Of a stretch of DNA of 32,000 nt, positions 19,862 to 26,010 are shown one piece after another; position 1 is the first letter of the stretch, and every line of letters begins with the position of its first letter. A model generated the notes under the pieces. That model did not search any database. It was not told the DNA's origin and saw only the letters and a list, made by a program, of their open reading frames with translations. Source of the DNA: Jeongeupia chitinilytica (lineage in GTDB: Bacteria; Pseudomonadota; Gammaproteobacteria; Burkholderiales; Chitinibacteraceae); contig NZ_BMYO01000003.1 in the NCBI RefSeq assembly GCF_014652315.1, positions 286,914-318,913 of the forward strand, written 5' to 3'. The position numbers and the translations under genes were made by a program.

Positions 19862-20376
19862 TTTGATAGCTCAGCCTGCGGCTTCGCCTCCTGCGGCCGC
19901 GGGATCAGCAACGCTTGCCGTAGCTGGTCGACCGACGGGTTTTGCCGGAATCTCAGGGTTTTGATGCCGGCCTCGCCCAGAAAGGCGTCGCGCTCGGCGT
20001 CCTTGTCCAGCTTGCTGTTGTGGGTCGAGTCGTCCAGCTCGATGACGGCCAGTACACTGAAATCCTTCTTGCAGACCACGAAGTCGGCCGACTTCTGGCT
20101 GATTCGCTTGAACTTGGCGTAGTTCTCCTTTTGGCTTCCGCCCTTGGCAACGACCAGCTGCGAAAAAGATACCTGAGCCAGAACGATGTGATCGGGAGAA
20201 AGCGCTTCGACCAAGCGGAAGTAAACCGGCTGTTCACGCTCGGTTAGCACGGGCTTCCGCTGGAAGCGCGACGAACCGGTAGAGGCTCCCTTCCCTGCCC
20301 CGTTTTTCTTCATCACCGTGCCAAGGACGGCAGCAACCACGACCATCAGGACAGCAAAAGCCAATGCGCCAAGCAT
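19858..20376 (-). CDS. N-terminally membrane-anchored DUF2726 / PD-(D/E)xK-like nuclease-fold protein
   Basis: Strong SD AAGGAGG 5 nt before ATG 20376 (the track GTG 20382 is less likely). One N-terminal TM helix (LGALAFAVLMVVVAAVLGTV) is followed by a basic stretch (KKNGAGKGAS..RFQRKP), which implies a cytoplasmic domain. The core ...LSPDHIVLAQVSF...SADFVVCKKDFSVLAVIELDDSTHNSKLDKDAERDAFL..AGI has the D...E.D...H/K arrangement I associate with DUF2726. Confidence 0.65.
   Translation of the reverse strand: MLGALAFAVLMVVVAAVLGTVMKKNGAGKGASTGSSRFQRKPVLTEREQPVYFRLVEALSPDHIVLAQVSFSQLVVAKGGSQKENYAKFKRISQKSADFVVCKKDFSVLAVIELDDSTHNSKLDKDAERDAFLGEAGIKTLRFRQNPSVDQLRQALLIPRPQEAKPQAELSN
19875..20325. 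repeat. 451-bp direct repeat, copy 1 (about 93% identical to 26964-27414)
   Basis: Hand alignment at a constant offset of 7089 bp gave about 33 mismatches and no indels. It covers most of the nuclease-like gene. Confidence 0.9.
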
Positions 20377-20442
20377 AATCACCTCCTTTTCAAAGGTGGA
20401 AAGCTTGGCACAACGGGCGAGGAAGCTGCAAAAGGTTGTGCG

Positions 20443-20541
20443 TGAGGGGTGAACCGCGCGACCGCGCGGCCGGGACGCCCCGGCCCCTCATGGCACCGTA
20501 GCGGACTGCTACGGCCTTGGGTCTGCAGTTAACGACTGCAG
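20443..20541. other. Highly structured phage intergenic region (Y-shaped GC-rich multi-hairpin plus two further hairpins); candidate packaging signal, origin or terminator
   Basis: Outer stem TGAGGGG (20443-49) / CCCCTCA (20484-90) encloses CCGCGCG..CGCGCGG (20454-69) and CCGGG-ACGC-CCCGG (20470-83). Then CCGTAGC-GGACT-GCTACGG (20496-514) and CTGCAG-TTAACGA-CTGCAG (20523-41). Confidence 0.45.
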
Positions 20542-20669
20542 GCGTCCCACGATGGCGCGCTGTAGCCGCATGACCACCATGCCCAAAAGTCTGCGCGGCG
20601 ATCCTGCTCGGATTTGTCCAGGTGCGCACAACCGGTCAGCATCAGCGCGATCAGCGCGGCGCGGATCAT
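20529..20669 (-). CDS. 46-aa predicted lipoprotein, translationally coupled to zot
   Basis: MIRAALIALMLTGCAHLDKSEQDRR... has a lipobox L-T-G-C after a short hydrophobic signal. Its ATG overlaps the zot stop (ATGA at 20666-20669). Confidence 0.55.
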   Translation of the reverse strand: MIRAALIALMLTGCAHLDKSEQDRRADFWAWWSCGYSAPSWDACSR

Positions 20670-21730
20670 GCCGACACCTTCAAGGTCGTGACTTTGGTCT
20701 CGACCGGCGCGGGTGGCTGACTGGAGACCTGCACCGGGGTCGTCGTAGTGTTCTGCATCGGCTGCTGCCCGGGTTTCCACGGCAGGTAGATCCCGTTGCG
20801 GACGATATTCTCGCACATGTCCTTGTCCATCTGGACCGGCGTGCCTTGATCGGTGTAGCACTTGCAGCCCTTGGCGCTCGATACGCACGCCTGCGGCGCG
20901 GGGACACTTTGCGGTTTGGTCAGGTCGTCGTATTCAGGCGCGGTATGCGGCAGGCCGGCGATACGCGGCTGCTGGTCCTGTACCCACTGCTCGAGCGTGC
21001 GGTGCTCGTTCCTTCGGTCGTCGCGGGATGCGCTCGATATCGCCTTGCCGTGCGACTGCGGCGCTGAGGCTTCGGCTGTCGGCGTTGAGCCCGGCGCAAA
21101 CTTGTGGTCGAAATTGGCGAACCACCGGTAGGCCATGAAGCCGAGCACGGCCAATGCGATCGGCAGCAGGCAGAACAGCCAGAACTTCATCGGAATCCGC
21201 GCTTTGTACGTATCGAGCTCGGTCGATTTGTACTTGCCGAACAGCACCTTCGGATAACTCCAGTCGTGCCGCACCGAATCCTTGGTGGACTTGTCGCAGT
21301 TATCGCGGCACTTGTTCCACTCGTGCACGACAGCGCGGCGCATGTTGAACGTACGGTTGACGTGGAAATGCCGGCCGACGAGTCGTCGAACGTTGCCATC
21401 AATCAGTAGCGGGTGCTGCGTAGTAATCCAGAGGTCGACGCCCATGTGCCGGTGCGTTTCCAGCTCGGACACGCACTTGGGGACGGCCGAGCCGTTGGCG
21501 CGGGGCCGGAACAGCCGCTGGCATTCGTCAATGACGATGATTGCGCCCTTGGGGCAGTTGAACCACTCGGCTTCGTTGTCGAGCTTTGTCCAGGGCAGAT
21601 ACACCTCGTCAAGGATTTCGAGTCCGGCATAGAACACGGGGCGGTTCTCTTTCTCGGCTTGGGCCTTGACCTCTTGGACCATCCGCAGCGTTTTGCCTGC
21701 GCCGGGCAGGCCTGTTGTCATGATGATCAT
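20666..21730 (-). CDS. zot: Zot-like / pI-type filamentous phage assembly ATPase
   Basis: MIIMTTGLPGAGKT (Walker A at the extreme N-terminus) and AIIVIDECQ (Walker B). A central TM segment (FWLFCLLPIALAVLGFMAY) precedes the C-terminal periplasmic part. ATG 21730 overlaps the upstream gene stop (ATGA). Confidence 0.85.
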   Translation of the reverse strand: MIIMTTGLPGAGKTLRMVQEVKAQAEKENRPVFYAGLEILDEVYLPWTKLDNEAEWFNCPKGAIIVIDECQRLFRPRANGSAVPKCVSELETHRHMGVDLWITTQHPLLIDGNVRRLVGRHFHVNRTFNMRRAVVHEWNKCRDNCDKSTKDSVRHDWSYPKVLFGKYKSTELDTYKARIPMKFWLFCLLPIALAVLGFMAYRWFANFDHKFAPGSTPTAEASAPQSHGKAISSASRDDRRNEHRTLEQWVQDQQPRIAGLPHTAPEYDDLTKPQSVPAPQACVSSAKGCKCYTDQGTPVQMDKDMCENIVRNGIYLPWKPGQQPMQNTTTTPVQVSSQPPAPVETKVTTLKVSA

Positions 21731-22026
21731 TTGGTCACCAGCTTCTTGATGGAGCCGGACTGCAGGCCACTGATGAGTAGGCGCGCCGAGCAAGCCGAGA
21801 ACAGCATCGAGACGCAGATATCGACCTTCATCGCCCCCATGATCGCCGCGACGTCACTGGGCACGGACTGCAGATAGTTGGTTGACTGCGCCAGTGCCCA
21901 GTCGAGCATGGCCGAGAAGCCGGTATAGGTGGCGAAGCCGAAGCCAAGGCCGATCAGGACACGACCGGCAAGGCTTGCGGCGACTTCAATCAACGCGCCA
22001 ATCAGCGCGGCAATAATCATTGGCAT
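21727..22026 (-). CDS. pVI-like minor coat / membrane protein
   Basis: 99-aa hydrophobic protein (MPMIIAALIGALIEVAASLAGRVLIGLGFGFATYTG...) located directly between the pIII-like gene and zot, the canonical gVI position. Confidence 0.5.
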   Translation of the reverse strand: MPMIIAALIGALIEVAASLAGRVLIGLGFGFATYTGFSAMLDWALAQSTNYLQSVPSDVAAIMGAMKVDICVSMLFSACSARLLISGLQSGSIKKLVTK

Positions 22027-22030
22027 GGGG

Positions 22031-23398
22031 TTACCTCACAACGATGAAGACGCAAGCGATGAACGTAATGGCAACGAGGATGTTGCCGAGGACCTGCAGC
22101 CACGAGCACATGCCCGAGAGCGGCATCGTTACCGAGTGCCCCATCAGGCTGAATGACTTGTCGGACGGACAGCCGCCGGACAGGAATCGGTCCTGCTTGA
22201 ATGCCCGTGACAAGTCGCGGTCACCGATATTGAGTGAGTCGCGCACTTCCTGATCCGATTTGCCGACTGCATCGTTGCCTTTCTTGGACCAGTCGTTTTC
22301 CTTGGTCATTGCGCAATAGGATTGCCAATTGACCTTGGCAATTTCACAACCAACAACATCATCGGACTCACATTTAAACGAATCACAACCACCGGAAACG
22401 TTACTTTTTTCCTTTGTCTTGCAAATCGGAGAGGTTGGATTGAGCTTGCAATACTGATCAACTCGGTCCGTCGTAGTCTGAGTAGTCGTACCAGTCGGGC
22501 CTGTCGTATTAGTCGTCTGAGTTACCGTGCCATCAGGATTGGCAGTGGTTGTAGTTGTCGTAGTTTCAGAAGTTGTAGTGCCATCCGGTCGTGTTGTCGT
22601 ATTCGTACCAGTGGTCTGAGTTTGAGTGCCGGTCGAGTTAGGAACACATTGAGTTGCTCCATTCATTGTCACGCTACCCATTGCCTTTTCAGCGCACGAT
22701 GACTCTGTTTCACTGCCGGGGCTAGCACTATCACCAGTTTGATTACCCGCCTCGCCAGTAAAGGTCGCAACTACGCCTTTGGCGAAATAGCATTTTTTTA
22801 CACCATCAACAGGGGCGCAATAGTAATCAGACGACGACAGAGAAACCTTGCATCCCTCAAAACTACACGCCATCGCACCTTTACCAACGCAGGACCCAGT
22901 GTAACCACCAGCAGCAATTGTTTGGCCCGCTTTTGACGCGCACGGGTTCTGACAAACGCCGTTGATAAGCTGCTCTCCCGCTGGGCATTTCTGCTGGCAC
23001 TTACCCCCAACCAGTTCTTGCCCAGACGGACAGCCGCAATTGCCGGTAACCGGGTCCTGCGTTTGTCCGGACGGGCACGTATTAGTGCAAGCGGCATTGG
23101 GCAACACCAGATTATCGGGAGCACATTGTTTTCTAACGCTACCCACGTTTGCACCGGATAAATCAAGGCACAGCCCCGCGCCCATTGAAACGGAGTACGA
23201 ACTGGAACGCTTGGCCTTGCATGCCTGCAATGGGTCTGAATTGCAATACGGGTAGTTGGCCGAAGTTGGAGTGCCACTGCCCGCGCAGTAATAATCGGCA
23301 TATGCCAACCCGGAGGCCCATGACGTGGCAATCAGGAAAAAATAAGCCAGCACGCTCCGCAAATTGAGACGATGTAGAACCAGCCATCCATTTTTCAT
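22031..23398 (-). CDS. pIII-like adsorption / minor coat protein
   Basis: I prefer ATG 23398 (MKNGWLVLHRLNLRSVLAYFFLIATSWASGLAYA, signal-peptide-like; SD GGAG upstream). Cys-rich N-terminal part with repeated C-P-x-G-Q modules, a Thr-rich low-complexity linker (TGTQTQTTGTNTTTRPDGTTTSETTTTTTTANPDGTVTQTTNTTGPTGTTTQTTT), and a C-terminal anchor LQVLGNILVAITFIACVFIVVR. In the gIII position after the major coat gene. Confidence 0.65.
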   Translation of the reverse strand: MKNGWLVLHRLNLRSVLAYFFLIATSWASGLAYADYYCAGSGTPTSANYPYCNSDPLQACKAKRSSSYSVSMGAGLCLDLSGANVGSVRKQCAPDNLVLPNAACTNTCPSGQTQDPVTGNCGCPSGQELVGGKCQQKCPAGEQLINGVCQNPCASKAGQTIAAGGYTGSCVGKGAMACSFEGCKVSLSSSDYYCAPVDGVKKCYFAKGVVATFTGEAGNQTGDSASPGSETESSCAEKAMGSVTMNGATQCVPNSTGTQTQTTGTNTTTRPDGTTTSETTTTTTTANPDGTVTQTTNTTGPTGTTTQTTTDRVDQYCKLNPTSPICKTKEKSNVSGGCDSFKCESDDVVGCEIAKVNWQSYCAMTKENDWSKKGNDAVGKSDQEVRDSLNIGDRDLSRAFKQDRFLSGGCPSDKSFSLMGHSVTMPLSGMCSWLQVLGNILVAITFIACVFIVVR

Positions 23399-23411
23399 TT
23401 CTCCAATCTCC

Positions 23412-23443
23412 GGAAAATAAAAAAGGGCGAGTTGCCCCGCCCT
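23412..23443 (-). terminator. Rho-independent terminator/attenuator immediately after the major coat gene
   Basis: The minus strand reads AGGGCG-GGGCAACT-CGCCCT followed by TTTTTTATTTT. A terminator between gVIII and gIII is classical in filamentous phages. Confidence 0.65.
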
Positions 23444-23462
23444 GCAATCGGCTTTTGACCGA

Positions 23463-23672
23463 TTAGCGGCCCATGGCACTGGCGATCCACGGCCAGACCT
23501 TGATACCGATCTTGACGCCGAGGTAGGCCGCACCGACCACGCCGATTGCCGCAACGGCTTCGGTCATCCCGGTCGTTACCGACGTGGTATCGATTGCAGC
23601 TTGTGCACCGGCAGCGGACAGAGCAGCAACGCCAGCACCGGCGCGCACGAAGAAACGTTTGGTTTTATTCAT
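23463..23672 (-). CDS. Major coat protein (pVIII-like, Xf/Pf class)
   Basis: SD GAGGTG precedes ATG 23672. Signal peptide MNKTKRFFVRAGAGVAALSAAGAQA, then a ~44-aa mature peptide AIDTTSVTTGMTEAVAAIGVVGAAYLGVKIGIKVWPWIASAMGR. It has an acidic/polar N-terminus, a hydrophobic core and a basic C-terminus. The GIKV..W....AM tail resembles the Xanthomonas Xf coat as I recall it. Confidence 0.75.
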   Translation of the reverse strand: MNKTKRFFVRAGAGVAALSAAGAQAAIDTTSVTTGMTEAVAAIGVVGAAYLGVKIGIKVWPWIASAMGR

Positions 23673-23883
23673 CTGAATCACCTCTATGGTTGAATAGTTG
23701 AGCGAGGGCACGAATTACGGCTCCGGCACCCCAACAGGTGACGATTGCCATTGCTACCAGCTTGCCCTCATCGCTGGTCATTTCAAAAAATCCGGGCGAC
23801 GAAATTGCCAATTGGCAAGGGCCTGATGCGGCCATTGCACGGACAATTCCGTCGGCGGCAATTTCGACGCATTGCGTGACCAT
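23665..23883 (-). CDS. Small phage protein with one hydrophobic segment (gVII/gIX position)
   Basis: SD AGGA precedes ATG 23883 (MVTQCVEIAADG...KLVAMAIVTCWGAGAVIRALAQL...). It overlaps the coat gene start by 8 nt. Function is inferred only from position. Confidence 0.4.
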   Translation of the reverse strand: MVTQCVEIAADGIVRAMAASGPCQLAISSPGFFEMTSDEGKLVAMAIVTCWGAGAVIRALAQLFNHRGDSDE

Positions 23884-23891
23884 CTGTCGTC

Positions 23892-24107
23892 CTAGTGAAC
23901 GTTCGGTAAAGCGCACGAGAAGATGACGAACTCACCGCCGAGCACACTGACCGCCGTATCGAATGCGTCCTGATATTCCGGAAACGGACCCGCATTGATG
24001 ATCAGCTTGGTGAATCCCACATCGCCTTCATGCGGACACAGGAACTTGCCCGTATCCGTGTCCTGGACGAAGTACACCGGCCGATAAGCCGGGGCACTCA
24101 TGATCAA
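23892..24107 (-). CDS. Small hypothetical phage protein (71 aa)
   Basis: ORF coupled by an ATGA overlap (24104-24107) to the upstream gene. No recognisable motif. Confidence 0.4.
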   Translation of the reverse strand: MIMSAPAYRPVYFVQDTDTGKFLCPHEGDVGFTKLIINAGPFPEYQDAFDTAVSVLGGEFVIFSCALPNVH

Positions 24108-24430
24108 CCCTGCTTGACTTCACCGATCTGGCGATTCAGGCCAGTGCCGGTGATGGGCTTGTAACCGACCACGACCGTTTTCTGGGTGCGGCCACTGGTC
24201 ACCAGTTCCAGCTCGAGTTCCGCCTCATGCGGATACGACATGCTCTTCATCGACTGGAACAGGCTTTCGTCCTTGTACTTGTATTCATTGACGGCAAAGC
24301 CCTTTGCGGTGCCGCGCGATTCATCCAGCGCGGTTTCCACAAACAGCGTGGTCTGATTGATGACCTGTCCGTCGATCGTGCCATTGAAGCCCTTGACGCC
24401 GAGTACCTTAGCTTGAGTCTTGAAACGCAT
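24104..24430 (-). CDS. Candidate ssDNA-binding protein (gV / RstB position)
   Basis: 108-aa ORF 13 nt downstream of Rep. Size and position fit inovirus ssDNA-binding proteins, and the sequence looks beta-rich. There is no motif-level proof. Confidence 0.45.
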   Translation of the reverse strand: MRFKTQAKVLGVKGFNGTIDGQVINQTTLFVETALDESRGTAKGFAVNEYKYKDESLFQSMKSMSYPHEAELELELVTSGRTQKTVVVGYKPITGTGLNRQIGEVKQG

Positions 24431-24443
24431 GATGGATTACCTT

Positions 24444-25910
24444 TTAAAAGGGCGCAGCATTGCCACTAATCCGCGATTGCGCCTTGAACGCGGGGACAGT
24501 AATTTCCGGATTGTTGAGCGACATCAATTCGCTCCAAGTCATGTATTGCTTGTATTCAGCGTGCATCGGCTCAGGACTGACATTGAAATCAGCCACTTTG
24601 AAGCGCGGTGGAATCTTGTCGGTACGCATGATCAATTGCATTGCCTTGTCGGCATCGCGTCCGCACATTTCCCAGATCATCCAGATATGGCATCCGAACT
24701 GATGCTGGACGATTTCAACCGATTTATTCAGGTCGATTTCCTTTTGCACCCGGTAGCCGGTGATCCGCTCGCATTTGTGATCGGCGATCCATTGCAGCGC
24801 CGGATACGTTCCCGCGAGGTACGCACCCGCTTTGAGCAGCACCTCAAACGGGATGACGCAGCCGTCGTTTTTCAGCTCGACTTCGACCCGCAGCCATGGG
24901 TGCCACTTGTGGCCCAGCTGCATGCCCTTTTCGTAGATACGCGCGTAACGCGAGCTGGCACGTGTGCCGATATAGACCGTCCGACCAGTGCCGTCCGGAT
25001 ACTCCCAGTCTCCCCTGCCCTCGTACTTGGGCCGGCGACCACCGTTCATGAAGAAACCGTTGCGATGGTCATCACGGGCTTGCTCGACGCTGTAGTGCTT
25101 GCCCTCGACGTCGTCGTACGCCAAGTCACAACGGGTGATCCGAGGGCGTACCGCTTGCTCGCTCAAGAAGTCATAGAGCCGTTGTTCCCACCCTGCTTTC
25201 GCGGCCTGCAGACCCGTACCGCTGACCATCAGCAGCATCGTGTCCTCTTGACCACCAATGCCGACCGTTCCCCAGTCGTCGCCGAGGATGTAGGTGGACG
25301 TGTAGTAGTTGCGCAGCTTGTGGTCGGTCTTGGACGTGACGCCGAAGCCGAAAATCTGTTCCAGCTTCATGCTGAGGGCCATGACGAGCACCTCGTCATC
25401 GACCTTGTCGCCCTCTTGGGTGATCGCTGTAGGACGAACTCCGGGCAACCCGGTCAGGTCATCGACGAACGACTGGGAGCCGAACACCCGGTACGCCGAC
25501 AGGTACTGGTTCGCCGTCGATTTGTGGATCGTGATGTTGATCCAGTCAATGAAGGCCGCGTCATCACCATGACCGTGCCGTTTTGGCACCTGGAGGAGAT
25601 TCCCCCGGTCATCAATCACGAGGGTGATGAACTCCGGTTCGCTCTCCGGCGCCACCTTTTCCCCCATGTTATTAGGGGGGGAAGTCCCCGCGCCGCCCGC
25701 CTGCGCGTCGGCTGCGCCTGCCGCGACGGCCGCCCGGCGCTTGGACTGACGCACAAACTCGCCGGCCAAGTAGTTGACATAACCGGCCCGAAAACCCCGC
25801 TCAGTCGGCACGTAAACGGCCTTGGCGCTGTCGGCCGTGACTTCGGCACGATTTGCGGCCTCGTCGGCACGGCTCACTGCTGGCTGAATAGCGCGGATTT
25901 TGCGGGGCAT
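24444..25910 (-). CDS. Rolling-circle replication initiation protein (RstA / Rep_trans type)
   Basis: Segments AFIDWINITIH, RITRCDLAYDD, TVYIGTRASSRYARIYEKG and WLRVEVELKN match the conserved blocks of the replication initiation factor family used by CTXphi-, Xanthomonas- and Ralstonia-type inoviruses (from memory). Confidence 0.85.
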   Translation of the reverse strand: MPRKIRAIQPAVSRADEAANRAEVTADSAKAVYVPTERGFRAGYVNYLAGEFVRQSKRRAAVAAGAADAQAGGAGTSPPNNMGEKVAPESEPEFITLVIDDRGNLLQVPKRHGHGDDAAFIDWINITIHKSTANQYLSAYRVFGSQSFVDDLTGLPGVRPTAITQEGDKVDDEVLVMALSMKLEQIFGFGVTSKTDHKLRNYYTSTYILGDDWGTVGIGGQEDTMLLMVSGTGLQAAKAGWEQRLYDFLSEQAVRPRITRCDLAYDDVEGKHYSVEQARDDHRNGFFMNGGRRPKYEGRGDWEYPDGTGRTVYIGTRASSRYARIYEKGMQLGHKWHPWLRVEVELKNDGCVIPFEVLLKAGAYLAGTYPALQWIADHKCERITGYRVQKEIDLNKSVEIVQHQFGCHIWMIWEMCGRDADKAMQLIMRTDKIPPRFKVADFNVSPEPMHAEYKQYMTWSELMSLNNPEITVPAFKAQSRISGNAAPF

Positions 25911-25938
25911 GCTAGGCTCTAAGTGAATTCAACATCCC

Positions 25939-25995
25939 GATATCGCTAAGTCGATATCGACAAGCCGAACTTTAGATATCGACATCGCGATATGT
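25939..25995. promoter_or_regulatory. Operator array in the divergent rep / repressor control region
   Basis: Five CGATATCG-like octamers within 57 bp: CGATATCG (25939-46), CGATATCG (25952-59), AGATATCG (25974-81), CGACATCG (25980-87) and CGATATGT (25988-95). Confidence 0.5.
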
Positions 25996-26010
25996 CAACA
26001 GGAGCGCAGC

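Noticed and set aside
19394-20376. Classical type II toxin-antitoxin interpretation of the small ORF / nuclease-like pair
   Set aside because: The genes are convergent rather than co-transcribed, and each has its own SD and upstream region. The nuclease-like protein is membrane-anchored. A TA-like relationship cannot be excluded, but the architecture does not fit the standard operon model.
20390-20629. 79-aa minus ORF covering the structured phage intergenic region
   Set aside because: It runs through the hairpin cluster and overlaps the better-supported coupled lipoprotein ORF in another frame. It has no RBS and an Ala/Arg/Gly-rich translation.
23399-23554. N-terminal 52-codon extension of the pIII-like ORF given in the track (start 23554)
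   Set aside because: The extension overlaps the major coat gene and runs through its terminator hairpin. The internal ATG 23398 has an SD and yields a proper signal peptide.
24420-25922. 500-aa plus-strand ORF inside the prophage
   Set aside because: Exactly antisense to the Rep gene, which has clear family motifs. The translation is Arg/Val/Leu-rich shadow-type sequence.
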